Assembly (NCBI GenBank): GCA_022449545.1
Contig: JAKUPN010000005.1
Span: 3,897-67,896 of the forward strand
Source: Alphaproteobacteria bacterium
GTDB taxonomy: Bacteria; Pseudomonadota; Alphaproteobacteria; UBA6615
Direction: 5' to 3'
DNA: 64,000 nucleotides
How positions within the stretch are numbered: the stretch's first letter is position 1; each line of letters starts with the position of its first letter. Positions 32,348-42,608 of the stretch are shown here, piece by piece. Below the pieces are notes generated by a model. The model ran no database searches, was not told the DNA's origin, and saw only the letters and a program-made list of their open reading frames with translations. Position numbers and translations under genes: made by a program.

Positions 32348-34234
32348 ATGCTCGAAGCTCTTCGTCAAATGACTAAAAGCTGGATAATGAAGGTGGTACT
32401 TGGCCTTTTAGCGCTGACATTTGTTGTTTTCTTCGGTGCATCTGATTTTGGCGGTGGTGGACGTCAGGTCAATACGGTAGTTGAGGTCGATGATGTTAAC
32501 TATTCTTTAGATCAAGTTAGTAAAGAATTTAATAAACAAATTCAGTATTTAATGAGAGCAAGCGGAGGACAAATTAATCTTCAGTCACCAATTGCAACAT
32601 CAGTTCTAGAGGAAACCGTTTCAAATATAGTTACACGTTCTCTTTTTGATGCGGCCGCACAAGAATTGGGGGTTTCCGCATCAGATGTTTCTGTTCAAGA
32701 AACCGTGCATAATCTTAAACTATTCCAAAATAAAGACGGCATATTTGATTCAGTTAAGTTCTCTTCTTATCTTCAACAAAGAGGACTCACAGAAGAAGAG
32801 TTTATTTCTGGAGCAAAAGAAGACTTGAAAAGAGCTCAATATCTGGGGACATTACAAGACTCACTAACTATATCAAAACCTATTCTAGAGGCTATATATA
32901 ATCATCGTTATGAAAAAAGAATTGCAGAAATAACTTCAATTGAAGCTAAAGACATAAAAGCAATTCTTAAACCAACTGAAAGTCAACTAAGGACCTTCTA
33001 TAATGAGTTTAAAGACGATTTTCGTTCTCCAGAGTTCAGGAAAGTGAAAATCGCAACACTCACATTAGAAGGCTTGTCAAAAAAATTCTCAGTGAGCGAG
33101 GAAGAAATAAGAGAAAACTATCAAGATCAAATTGATAACTTTAGAATCCAAGAAAAGCGTGAAATTATTCAAAGCATTTTTCTTACTGAGTCTGATGCTA
33201 ACAAAGCAAAATCTTTGATTAGTAATGGGACAACATTTTCTGAGGCTTCGAAACAAATTAATGGATTACCTCCAGTTTCAATTGGCAAAGTTAACAAGGG
33301 AGATATTTCAGAAAAAAAATTGGCAGAAACGTCGTTTTCTTTAGATCTGAACGCGGTCTCTAGTCCGATAGAATCTGCATTAGGTTGGCACCTTGTATCA
33401 GTAAAATCCATAGAACCAGAAAAAACACAAACATTTTCAGAGGTGAGAGAACCGCTTCGTAAACTCATATCAATGATGAAAGCAAGAGATGAAATTTACG
33501 ATCTTCAAAATTTAGTAGAGGATGATCTAGCTGCAGGGTTAAGCATTGAAGAAGTTTCCAAACAAAACGGAATGACCTTAATTGAAATGGAACCCTTCAA
33601 TTCAATGGGGCTTACAAAAGATGATCAACTAATAAAAATAAATCAAACAAGACAAGTAGTTGAAACAGCTTTTGACACTGAAAAAGACGAGATAAGTGGT
33701 ATAAAAGAAATGGCTGATGGAGGGTTTTTCATCATAAAAACTCAATCCATAGTTCCACCAAAGATAGAACCATTTAATATAATTCAACATAAAGTATCCT
33801 ATCGATGGTTAAAAAAAGAAAAACAACGAGGAGCTTTAAAGAAAGCAAAAGAAATATCCGACATTGTAAATAAAGGAAAAACCCTAAAAGAAGTTTCTAT
33901 TAAACAAGGGTTTAAGTATGAAGCAAAAAATGTGATTGATAGAATTGGCTCAAAAACACCAGTTCCCAAGCCCTTCATATCCGCTATTTTTAAAGCAAAT
34001 GTAGGAGAAACTGTATACGTAGAGACCTACGATGGAGCAAAAGTGGGCAAATTAATCCAGATTGAAAAAGCTGGAAAAAACTTGGAAGATATAAAAAAGC
34101 GCGAGGACCTAAATACAGCTTTGTTGGACTCAATGAATAGAGATCTAACCAATCAATTAGCATCCGCATTAAAAAAACGTTACACCATTGATGTTAACCA
34201 TGAATTGATTGAAAATTCACTGATTCCACAATGA
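32348..34234 (+). CDS. ppiD: PpiD-like membrane-anchored periplasmic chaperone (SurA-N + parvulin domains)
   Basis: MLEALR start with an N-terminal TM, PE.R motif, parvulin VS.PIES..GWH; conserved position between tpiA and trpE. Confidence 0.87.
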   Translation: MLEALRQMTKSWIMKVVLGLLALTFVVFFGASDFGGGGRQVNTVVEVDDVNYSLDQVSKEFNKQIQYLMRASGGQINLQSPIATSVLEETVSNIVTRSLFDAAAQELGVSASDVSVQETVHNLKLFQNKDGIFDSVKFSSYLQQRGLTEEEFISGAKEDLKRAQYLGTLQDSLTISKPILEAIYNHRYEKRIAEITSIEAKDIKAILKPTESQLRTFYNEFKDDFRSPEFRKVKIATLTLEGLSKKFSVSEEEIRENYQDQIDNFRIQEKREIIQSIFLTESDANKAKSLISNGTTFSEASKQINGLPPVSIGKVNKGDISEKKLAETSFSLDLNAVSSPIESALGWHLVSVKSIEPEKTQTFSEVREPLRKLISMMKARDEIYDLQNLVEDDLAAGLSIEEVSKQNGMTLIEMEPFNSMGLTKDDQLIKINQTRQVVETAFDTEKDEISGIKEMADGGFFIIKTQSIVPPKIEPFNIIQHKVSYRWLKKEKQRGALKKAKEISDIVNKGKTLKEVSIKQGFKYEAKNVIDRIGSKTPVPKPFISAIFKANVGETVYVETYDGAKVGKLIQIEKAGKNLEDIKKREDLNTALLDSMNRDLTNQLASALKKRYTIDVNHELIENSLIPQ

Positions 34235-35739
34235 CGATATATCCAGCTAAAAATAATTTTGATAAAACTTACAATTCCAAACAATCACAAGTGGTCTGGA
34301 CAGAACTCGTAGCTGACCTTGAAACTCCGGTCTCAGCAATGATTAAACTCTCCAAAAACCAAAGTTATAGCTTCCTATTGGAATCAGTAGAGGGCGGAGA
34401 TGTTAGAGGTCGCTATTCTGTGCTTGGCATAGATCCAGACTTAATATGGAGATGTTTCGGTGATAATTATGAGCTCGGAAGGATAACAAAAAACAACAAA
34501 TATAAATACCAAAAAAGCAAACAAGGTAGTTTAGATTCATTAGCATCACTCATAAAAAACTCGGAAATTGATTTGCCAAACGAAGTACCACCCTCTGCAG
34601 TTGGATTGTTTGGATATATGGGGTACGACATGGTCCGGTTAATGGAAAATATCCCAGATAAGAATCCTGACGTAATCGGAATACCAGACTCAATATTTAT
34701 TCGTCCAAAAGTAACAGCTGTATTTGATAATGTGACCGATAAAATGACAGTTGTCACCCCAGTATGGTATTCGGAGAAATGTAATAGTGAAGATGCATAT
34801 AGCGATGCCAAAAATAGGTTAGAGAATATTGTTAATAAATTAAAAGCCTCTATCACTGGCCAACTATTCAAAAGTGAGTTCTTACCAGATCAAATTTCAC
34901 CTACCTCGAACACTTCTCAGGAAGAATATTGCTCAATGGTCGAAAAAGCGAAAGAATATATAAGGGCAGGCGAAATCTTCCAAGTTGTGCCATCTCAGAG
35001 ATTTACAGTACCTCTAAACTCATCCCCAATGTCCTTATATCGCTCCCTGAGGAGACTAAATCCTTCACCTTTTTTGTTTATAGTAAACATGGATGATTTT
35101 TCATTGGTTGGCTCTAGTCCAGAAATTTTGGTTAGATTAAGGGAAAATGAAGTAACTATACGACCAATTGCTGGCACTAGACCAAGAGGAAAGAACAAGG
35201 AAGAGGATAATGCACTTGCTGAAGACTTGCTTGCAGATCCAAAAGAAAGAGCAGAGCACTTGATGTTATTAGATTTAGGACGGAACGATGTAGGTCGTGT
35301 ATCAGAGATTGGTTCTGTAAAAGTTACTGAAAGTTACAGTATAGAAAAGTACTCTCATGTCATGCATATTGTTTCGAATGTAAAGGGCCATGCAAAATCA
35401 ACAGTAAATAGCCTAAAAGCACTTGTTGCTGGATTTCCAGCTGGCACTGTTACGGGTGCTCCAAAAATACGCGCAATGGAAATTATAGATGAGTTAGAAA
35501 ATGAAAGAAGGAGTTTCTATGCTGGTGCAATAGGCTACTTTGGGGCAAATGGAGAAATGGATACCTGCATTACGTTGAGAACCGCTTTAATACAAGAAGG
35601 ACAAATGTATGTTCAGGCAGGTGGAGGTGTAGTGGCAGATTCTAACCCTGAATCAGAATACCAGGAAAGCAACAATAAGGCGAAAGCGTTATTGCATGCT
35701 GCGGCTGATTCCTTACGTTATTCATCGATTACAGATTAA
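34231..35739 (+). CDS. trpE: Anthranilate synthase component I
   Basis: DLETPVS, LLESVEGG..RGRYS, NPSPF, PIAGTRPRG, KERAEHLML and GAPKIRAM motifs. Confidence 0.97.
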   Translation: MTIYPAKNNFDKTYNSKQSQVVWTELVADLETPVSAMIKLSKNQSYSFLLESVEGGDVRGRYSVLGIDPDLIWRCFGDNYELGRITKNNKYKYQKSKQGSLDSLASLIKNSEIDLPNEVPPSAVGLFGYMGYDMVRLMENIPDKNPDVIGIPDSIFIRPKVTAVFDNVTDKMTVVTPVWYSEKCNSEDAYSDAKNRLENIVNKLKASITGQLFKSEFLPDQISPTSNTSQEEYCSMVEKAKEYIRAGEIFQVVPSQRFTVPLNSSPMSLYRSLRRLNPSPFLFIVNMDDFSLVGSSPEILVRLRENEVTIRPIAGTRPRGKNKEEDNALAEDLLADPKERAEHLMLLDLGRNDVGRVSEIGSVKVTESYSIEKYSHVMHIVSNVKGHAKSTVNSLKALVAGFPAGTVTGAPKIRAMEIIDELENERRSFYAGAIGYFGANGEMDTCITLRTALIQEGQMYVQAGGGVVADSNPESEYQESNNKAKALLHAAADSLRYSSITD

Positions 35740-35851
35740 AAATATTTTTTTAATAAAATTCTAATATTTATTTAGATAAACTGAAATTGATTTGAAAACA
35801 TAACAGTGATACGACAAATGTGTAGTGAAGAGAATCTAATAAGATGTTCAA

Positions 35852-36484
35852 ATGTTTGTGTTAATTGATAACTACGATAGCTTTACTTACAACTTGGTTC
35901 ATTATATCGGCGAACTCGGAAAAGAAGTTAAAGTTATCCGGAATGATGTAATGAGTACGAAAGAAGTGCTATTGCTTTCACCAGAAGCTTTAGTTATATC
36001 ACCCGGCCCCGGAATACCAGATAATTCAGGTATTTGCATAGATCTGGTACAAGAGGCCTCTGAAAATAAAATCCCAGTATTGGGAGTTTGTTTGGGTCAT
36101 CAGATTATAGGACAAGCACTTGGGGCAAATATTATTCGAGCCCCACATCCTATTCACGGTATGGTTGATAAGATATTACACGAAGAAAAACATATTTTTA
36201 AAAACATTCCCTCCCCTCTTTCCGCAACCAGATACCATTCCCTAGTTATTGAACCAAATTCAGTCCCAGATTCATTAGTTGTGAACGCTAAAACAAAAGA
36301 CAACCTTATAATGGGAATAAGTCATAAAGACCTTCCTATACATGGTGTCCAGTTTCATCCTGAAAGTATAGCCACCCTTGAAGGTTATAATTTAATAGCT
36401 AATTTTATTGAAATCGCCACAGGTAAATCTGTTGATATAAACATTTTAAATCGTCTGATTGAAAAACTGGTGCCCCATGGATGA
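35852..36484 (+). CDS. trpG: Anthranilate synthase component II (glutamine amidotransferase)
   Basis: IDNYDSFTYN, SPGPG, GVCLGHQ, RYHSL and QFHPES motifs. Confidence 0.96.
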   Translation: MFVLIDNYDSFTYNLVHYIGELGKEVKVIRNDVMSTKEVLLLSPEALVISPGPGIPDNSGICIDLVQEASENKIPVLGVCLGHQIIGQALGANIIRAPHPIHGMVDKILHEEKHIFKNIPSPLSATRYHSLVIEPNSVPDSLVVNAKTKDNLIMGISHKDLPIHGVQFHPESIATLEGYNLIANFIEIATGKSVDINILNRLIEKLVPHG

Positions 36485-37505
36485 TAAATCAAACAATATT
36501 AAAGAACTAATTAATCTTGTAGCTGAAGGCCAGAGTTTAAACCAAAAGCAGTCAGAAAACGCATTTGATATCATTATGTCAGGTGAGGCTACCCCCTCAC
36601 AAATTGGTGCATTTCTCATCGCATTAAGAGTGCGCGGAGAAACGGTTGATGAAATTACCGGGGCAGCTCGTATTATGAGAGCAAAAGCCCTTTTGATTAA
36701 TGCACCTGATAACGCGATTGATATTGTTGGAACAGGTGGAGATGCTAAAGGGACACTTAATGTATCAACTGCAGCAAGTTTTGTTGTCGCCGCTTGTGGG
36801 GTCCCCATAGCTAAACACGGAAATCGAGCATTAAGTTCAAAAACCGGTGCTGCTGACGTGCTTTCTGCATTGGGGGTCAATATTGAAGCAAGTTTCGAAT
36901 TAGTTAAAGAGTCAATATGGGAAAACAACATAGGTTTTCTTATGGCGCCTCGTCATCACAGTGCGATGAGAAATGTCGGAGATGTGAGAGTTGAACTCGC
37001 TACCAGGACAATTTTTAATATTCTTGGGCCGTTATCTAACCCTTCACAAGTTAGTAGACAAATGGTTGGGGTCTTTTCTAAAAGATGGGTAGAGCCTCTA
37101 GCAAATGTACTAGGAAATCTAGGCTTAAAACATGCATGGGTAGTTCACGGAGCCGATGGTCTAGATGAGATATCAATAAGTGGTTTATCACACGTGGCCG
37201 AACTCAAAAACGGTCAGGTAAACACATTTAATATAAGCCCTGAAGATGTAGGTTTAAAAAAATCAGGATTAAAAAGCATCCAAGGGGGAGCACCAGATTA
37301 CAATGCAAGAATAATGAAAGAAATGCTGACTGGGAAAAGAAGTGCTTTTCGGGATATAGTTCTATTTAACGCTGCAGCTTCATTAATAGTTGGCGGAAAA
37401 GTAGATAATTTGAAGGACGGTATAAAGATGGCAGTTGAAGCAATTGACAGCGGAGCAGCAATGGCAACTTTGAATAAATTGATTGAAATAACAAATCGAT
37501 CTTAA
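36477..37505 (+). CDS. trpD: Anthranilate phosphoribosyltransferase
   Basis: GTGGD, NVST, KHGNRALSS, RTIFNILGPL and DGLDE motifs; ATG at 36477. Confidence 0.97.
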   Translation: MDDKSNNIKELINLVAEGQSLNQKQSENAFDIIMSGEATPSQIGAFLIALRVRGETVDEITGAARIMRAKALLINAPDNAIDIVGTGGDAKGTLNVSTAASFVVAACGVPIAKHGNRALSSKTGAADVLSALGVNIEASFELVKESIWENNIGFLMAPRHHSAMRNVGDVRVELATRTIFNILGPLSNPSQVSRQMVGVFSKRWVEPLANVLGNLGLKHAWVVHGADGLDEISISGLSHVAELKNGQVNTFNISPEDVGLKKSGLKSIQGGAPDYNARIMKEMLTGKRSAFRDIVLFNAAASLIVGGKVDNLKDGIKMAVEAIDSGAAMATLNKLIEITNRS

Positions 37506-37528
37506 ACAACGTAAATTGAGATAAAGAA

Positions 37529-38320
37529 ATGACAGACGTGCTTACCAAAATATGCGATGACAAGCACATACATATAAACAAGCAGAAAGCTGTTTTCTCT
37601 CAGGCAAATCAAGAAGAATTTGCTAGCAAAGCGGATAAAACACGTGGATTTGCAAAACGGCTTTCGGAGATATCAAAATCTAGTAAGTATGGAGTGATTG
37701 CAGAAATTAAAAAAGCTAGTCCAAGTAGAGGATTAATTAGAAAAAACTTTGATGCAGCTAAAATAGCGTTCGAGTACCAATCAGGTGGAGCAGCATGTGT
37801 ATCCGTCCTAACTGATGAGCCCTACTTTAAGGGTAAGGATTCAGATCTAGTTAACGCTAAGAAGGCAGTGACATTGCCTGTGCTTAGAAAGGATTTTATA
37901 ATTGATAGCTATCAAATTCCCGAATCAAGAGCACTAGGTGCCGATTGTATATTATTGATTGTCGCTGCACTTGATAGCCTTCTGGCAAAGGAGTTGGCTA
38001 TCCAAGCACACGAATGGGATATGGATGTTTTAATAGAAGTGCACAACATAGAAGAATTAGAGAAAGCACTATTAATAGAGTCAGATTTGATAGGGATTAA
38101 TAACCGAAATCTAAAATCACTTGAGGTGGACATTTCTACGACTGAAAATTTAGCCCCCCTCGTTCCTAAAGAAAGAATTACTGTCTCGGAAAGTGGTTTA
38201 TTCACGGCTGATGATTTGAAAAGAATGTCTAATAAAGGCGTTAATTGCTTTCTCATAGGAGAAGCACTTATGCGGCAAAAAAACATATCAAGCTCTCTAA
38301 AACAATTGCTTGAAAGTTAA
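37529..38320 (+). CDS. trpC: Indole-3-glycerol phosphate synthase
   Basis: IAEIKKASPS, SVLTD, LRKDF, GINNRNL and ESG motifs. Confidence 0.97.
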   Translation: MTDVLTKICDDKHIHINKQKAVFSQANQEEFASKADKTRGFAKRLSEISKSSKYGVIAEIKKASPSRGLIRKNFDAAKIAFEYQSGGAACVSVLTDEPYFKGKDSDLVNAKKAVTLPVLRKDFIIDSYQIPESRALGADCILLIVAALDSLLAKELAIQAHEWDMDVLIEVHNIEELEKALLIESDLIGINNRNLKSLEVDISTTENLAPLVPKERITVSESGLFTADDLKRMSNKGVNCFLIGEALMRQKNISSSLKQLLES

Positions 38321-38344
38321 ATTTTCTATTGGAAATTATATAAA

Positions 38345-38836
38345 ATGAATCAAAAAGATAGATTTGAGCTTAGTCATATTGATTCAGATGGATCTGCTAA
38401 AATGGTAGACATCTCCGATAAGGCTATTACTGATAGGACAGCCACCGCTAGTTGCAGGGTTATTGTTGGACCTAGTACACTCTCCCTAATAAAGGAAAAA
38501 AGCCTTAAAAAGGGTGATGTTCTCTCCATAGCTCGACTAGCTGGAATTATGGGAGCAAAAAAAACATCAGATTTAATTCCTTTGTGTCATCCATTAAACC
38601 TGACTTCAATTGAAGTCGAATTAAACCTTGATCTCACTGGAAGCTCCATCGAAGTATTAGCAACTGCAAAAATAAGTGGGAAAACAGGTGTTGAGATGGA
38701 AGCACTTACTGCTGTCACAATAGCGGCCCTAACCATTTATGATATGGTTAAGGCTGTAGATAAAGCAACCTCAATAACAGACATCCGTCTCTTACACAAA
38801 GCAGGCGGAAAATCTACGGATTATATTTCTAACTAA
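38345..38836 (+). CDS. moaC: Cyclic pyranopterin monophosphate synthase MoaC
   Basis: MVDIS.K, KGDVL, LIPLCH, TGVEMEAL and IYDM.K motifs. Confidence 0.97.
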   Translation: MNQKDRFELSHIDSDGSAKMVDISDKAITDRTATASCRVIVGPSTLSLIKEKSLKKGDVLSIARLAGIMGAKKTSDLIPLCHPLNLTSIEVELNLDLTGSSIEVLATAKISGKTGVEMEALTAVTIAALTIYDMVKAVDKATSITDIRLLHKAGGKSTDYISN

Positions 38837-38845
38837 GAGAATTAA

Positions 38846-40060
38846 ATGATTAGTGTTGCTAACGCGCGTAAAAATATACTGTCCGATCAAGAGATAATGC
38901 CTTCGGAATTGATATCTTTAAATGAGGCATTAGGAAGAGTTTTGGCAGAAGACATATCTGCCAGAAGACCTCAACCACCCCTATCGGTATCAGCTATGGA
39001 CGGCTACGCTGTAATAGCAAAGGACGTAAAAAATGTCCCTGTAACACTAGAAGTTATTGACACTATAGCGGCTGGTAAAACACCATCTAAAAAAATAAAA
39101 ACAGGTGAGGCAATTAGAATCTTTACTGGTGCCCCCATGCCCCTAGGATCCGACGCTGTTGTTATACAAGAAAACACTGAAAAAAGTGGTAGCAAAATTA
39201 TTGTAAAAGAGAACGTAACCTCCGGGAAATACATTCGTCCTGAAGGCCTGGATTTTAAACAAGGAAATACATTACTTACCGCTGGCAAAGTCTTATCAGC
39301 AAGGGATGTAGGCCTTATAGCTGCTATGAATGTGTCTTGGCTTAAGGTGATGCGCCGCCCAACAGTTGCTATTATAGCGACAGGAGACGAAATAGTTTTA
39401 CCCGGAGACAATCAAAAATCATCGGATATTGTTAGCTCTAATACATTTGCCTTAGCTGGTCTTATCGAAGCGTCTGGAGGAATACCCCTAACATTAGGGA
39501 TAGCTAAAGATGAAATTGAATCTATTAGAAAGATATCAGAGGGTGCTAAAGGTGCTGATATATTAGTTACGACGGGCGGAGCATCTGTCGGTGAACACGA
39601 CCTTGTTCAGTCAGCGCTTACGGAAATTGGTTTAAAAATTAAATTTTGGAAAATTGCTATGCGTCCTGGAAAGCCATTGATATATGGACACCTAAACAAT
39701 ATTCCTATGCTCGGGTTCCCAGGAAACCCTGTGTCATCGATGGTCTGTGCTGTACTCTTTTTAAAGCCGGTCCTAGCATCCATGCTAGGACTTAGAGAAG
39801 TAGAGCCAAAATTAGAAAATGGTCTACTTGGAAAAGACTTAGATGAAAATGATCATCGTGAAGAGTATTTGAGGGCAACTATATCAATAGATGATGGAGG
39901 AAACAAAGTAGTAACTCCATTTCCGGTTCAAGATAGCTCTATGTTTTCTCGCTTAGCAATGTCTGATTGTCTGATAGTTAGAGCGCCGTATGCAGAAAAA
40001 GCATGTATCAATGATACAGTATCTTACATTGATCTAAGTACTGGGATGATAAAAGTATAA
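38846..40060 (+). CDS. moeA: Molybdopterin molybdotransferase MoeA
   Basis: GRVLAED, SAMDGYA, RIFTGAP, TGDE, GGASVG.HD, PGKP and PGNPVS motifs. Confidence 0.96.
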   Translation: MISVANARKNILSDQEIMPSELISLNEALGRVLAEDISARRPQPPLSVSAMDGYAVIAKDVKNVPVTLEVIDTIAAGKTPSKKIKTGEAIRIFTGAPMPLGSDAVVIQENTEKSGSKIIVKENVTSGKYIRPEGLDFKQGNTLLTAGKVLSARDVGLIAAMNVSWLKVMRRPTVAIIATGDEIVLPGDNQKSSDIVSSNTFALAGLIEASGGIPLTLGIAKDEIESIRKISEGAKGADILVTTGGASVGEHDLVQSALTEIGLKIKFWKIAMRPGKPLIYGHLNNIPMLGFPGNPVSSMVCAVLFLKPVLASMLGLREVEPKLENGLLGKDLDENDHREEYLRATISIDDGGNKVVTPFPVQDSSMFSRLAMSDCLIVRAPYAEKACINDTVSYIDLSTGMIKV

Positions 40061-40112
40061 ATATTATCATTAATATAAGACTACATTTTTCTTAAATATA
40101 TTAATTTTAAGC

Positions 40113-40166
40113 TTGACGCAAAAAAAGAACATCACTAGAACATAGCTGAATGTTTTATGTTTGTTC
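40113..40166 (+). promoter_or_regulatory. lexA promoter with alphaproteobacterial SOS boxes
   Basis: -35 TTGACG (40113-40118), N17, -10 TAGAAC. The -10 is overlapped by GAAC-N7-GAAC (40127-40141), and a second box GTTT-N7-GTTC lies at 40152-40166. Confidence 0.85.
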
Positions 40167-40210
40167 TCAATTTTAGTTAATTTTATGGCCATAATAGAGG
40201 CTTTGATGAA

Positions 40211-40900
40211 ATGTTAACCCGCAAGCAGCATGAATTGTTGTTATTCATTAATAAAAAATTGTTAGAAACTGGCGTAGCTCCTTCGTTTGATGAAATGAAA
40301 GAAGCTTTATCACTAAAATCTAAATCTGGAATTCACAGACTAATATCAGGATTAGAAGAAAGAAGGTTTATAGCCAGACTACCACACCGGGCAAGAGCTC
40401 TAGAAGTTCTGCGCTTACCAGATGATGTATCTATTACCTCTGATCAAAAGTTTTCTCCTAGGGTCATTCAAGGAGGTATTGACTTAAATAATAGAAAAAC
40501 GGCAAGAAAATTAAAAACTCCAATTCAAGTACCTATGCTAGGCCGAATAGCTGCAGGCACACCAATAGAAGCTCTATCAGATCCTACCCGGTTCATTAGT
40601 GTTCCATCAGATTTGCTCGGACGAGGAGAGTATTACTGCTTGGAAGTAGATGGCGATTCGATGATAGAAGCAGGTATTCTTGATGGGGATACAGTTCTTA
40701 TAGAAAGAACTGATATAGCTGAGAATGGTACTATAGTCGTTGCACTCGTTGAGGGTAGCGAAGTTACGCTTAAAAGGTTACGAAAAAGGCATAATTCTGT
40801 TGCGCTTGAGCCTGCCAATACTAATTACGAAACCCGAATATTTGGACCTGATCAAGTCGAAATTCAGGGAAAATTAAAAGGATTAGTCCGCAGCTATTGA
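40211..40900 (+). CDS. lexA: SOS repressor LexA
   Basis: [24 protein letters not shown], cleavage site RIAAG, catalytic GDSM and TLKR. Confidence 0.98.
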   Translation: MLTRKQHELLLFINKKLLETGVAPSFDEMKEALSLKSKSGIHRLISGLEERRFIARLPHRARALEVLRLPDDVSITSDQKFSPRVIQGGIDLNNRKTARKLKTPIQVPMLGRIAAGTPIEALSDPTRFISVPSDLLGRGEYYCLEVDGDSMIEAGILDGDTVLIERTDIAENGTIVVALVEGSEVTLKRLRKRHNSVALEPANTNYETRIFGPDQVEIQGKLKGLVRSY

Positions 40901-41069
40901 AGAGTTAAAAATAACATCATTAAAAGTATCTCAAATACATCGAATTACGAATCCATGCTATAATAGCTTGTTGATTTATAAGGTGCTAAATCCGTAATTT
41001 TTTAGAATCATTCTTAATACAAAAAAAATTGGTTTTTGTTCAATTTCGAACGAAAGGTTAATTAGTTAA

Positions 41070-42473
41070 ATGAAAGTAGTAACTCGATTTGCTCCTTCTC
41101 CTACTGGCTATCTACATATAGGAGGTGCAAGAACAGCCTTGTTTAACTGGCTTTTTGCGAAACACCATGAAGGTCAGTTCCTTTTGCGAATAGAAGACAC
41201 TGACAGAAGACGATCAACAAGTGACGCTGTTGATAAGATATTCTCAGGACTAAAATGGCTTGGTATTGAATGTGATGAACCACCAGTATTTCAGTCAAGT
41301 AACTCAACACGTCATATAGAAATAGCGCAAAAACTTCTTAATCAGGGCAAAGCTTATAGATGTTTTTGCACTCAAGATGATTTAACAGAAATGAGAAAAA
41401 AGGCTAGGTCAGAAGGGAAAACACGGCTATATGATAGACGTTGTAGAGATTATAAACCAACAGAATCAGAACTAAATAACTCTTCATCAATTCGAATAAA
41501 AATGCCAACAGAAGGCAAAACTCTTATTAATGATATAGTTCAGGGTGATGTAAAGGTATCAAACGATAACTTAGATGACTTTATAATTATACGACCCGAC
41601 GGAACGCCAACATACATGTTGGCCGTCGTAGTAGATGACCATGATATGGGGATTACTCATATCATACGCGGTGACGACCATTTAAATAACGCATTTCGAC
41701 AATTACATTTGTTTCATGCTTGTGATTGGACTGTTCCTAAACTTGCACATATTCCATTAATACACGGCAGTGATGGAGCAAAGCTCTCAAAACGTGATGG
41801 TTCACTGGGTGTTGAATCATATGAAAAAATGGGAATTCTTAAAGATGCAATGAATAATTATTTACTTCGTTTAGGTTGGTCTCATGGAAACGAAGAAATT
41901 ATTTCTAGAGATAAAGCCATTGAATGGTTCAATTTAAACTCTATTGGTCGATCTCCCTCGAGATTTGACACGGAAAAATTATTAAATTTGAATACACATT
42001 ACATTCGTAATAGCTCTAATAAAGAACTAATTAGTTATATACTTCCAATAATTTTCCAATTAATGGGTTCAGAAATAAGCTCAATTGCAATCGACCGCAT
42101 TGAGAGAGGAATGCCTGGTTTAAAACAGAGATCTAAAAGTCTTATCGAATTAGCGCGAAGTTCATTAATATATAATACGGAAATGCCTATTTTAATTCAA
42201 AAAGATGCTGCTGAACATTTGAATCCCAAAAACATAAGCCTCTTATCATGTCTTCATCAAAATATGAAAAAAATGGGCAAATGGGATCATGATTCCCTTG
42301 AAGAAATAGTTCGAGAAACAGCAGAGGACAACAATATTAAACTAAGGCAAATGGCACAACCACTAAGAGTAGCTCTAACAGGCTCCACTGTATCACCCAG
42401 CATTTTTGAAGTTATGGAGGTTTTTGGCAAAGATGAGACGTTAAATAGGTTAAAAACTGTAACAAAAGTCTAA
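41070..42473 (+). CDS. gltX: Glutamate--tRNA ligase
   Basis: RFAPSPTGYLHIGG, LRIEDTD, RGDDH and KLSKR motifs. Confidence 0.97.
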   Translation: MKVVTRFAPSPTGYLHIGGARTALFNWLFAKHHEGQFLLRIEDTDRRRSTSDAVDKIFSGLKWLGIECDEPPVFQSSNSTRHIEIAQKLLNQGKAYRCFCTQDDLTEMRKKARSEGKTRLYDRRCRDYKPTESELNNSSSIRIKMPTEGKTLINDIVQGDVKVSNDNLDDFIIIRPDGTPTYMLAVVVDDHDMGITHIIRGDDHLNNAFRQLHLFHACDWTVPKLAHIPLIHGSDGAKLSKRDGSLGVESYEKMGILKDAMNNYLLRLGWSHGNEEIISRDKAIEWFNLNSIGRSPSRFDTEKLLNLNTHYIRNSSNKELISYILPIIFQLMGSEISSIAIDRIERGMPGLKQRSKSLIELARSSLIYNTEMPILIQKDAAEHLNPKNISLLSCLHQNMKKMGKWDHDSLEEIVRETAEDNNIKLRQMAQPLRVALTGSTVSPSIFEVMEVFGKDETLNRLKTVTKV

Positions 42474-42504
42474 CCAATTTCCTATTAAAGTTGTTTAATC
42501 TAGA

Positions 42505-42533
42505 TTGCTCTTATGCATATCTGCAATTAGAGT
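42505..42533 (+). promoter_or_regulatory. Putative sigma70 promoter of gltA
   Basis: TTGCTC-N17-TAGAGT about 75 bp upstream of the gltA start. Confidence 0.4.
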
Positions 42534-42608
42534 GCGCTAAAGTGAAATTTAATCTACTACTGGGAGCCTTAATCCACTATATTTCTGGTAATTAGGGGTA
42601 ATAGAGAT

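Noticed and set aside
35735..35851. AT-only inverted repeat (ATTAAAAA/TTTTTAAT) between trpE and trpG as a possible attenuator or terminator
   Set aside because: It has no GC stem and no Trp-codon leader peptide, and is likely compositional.
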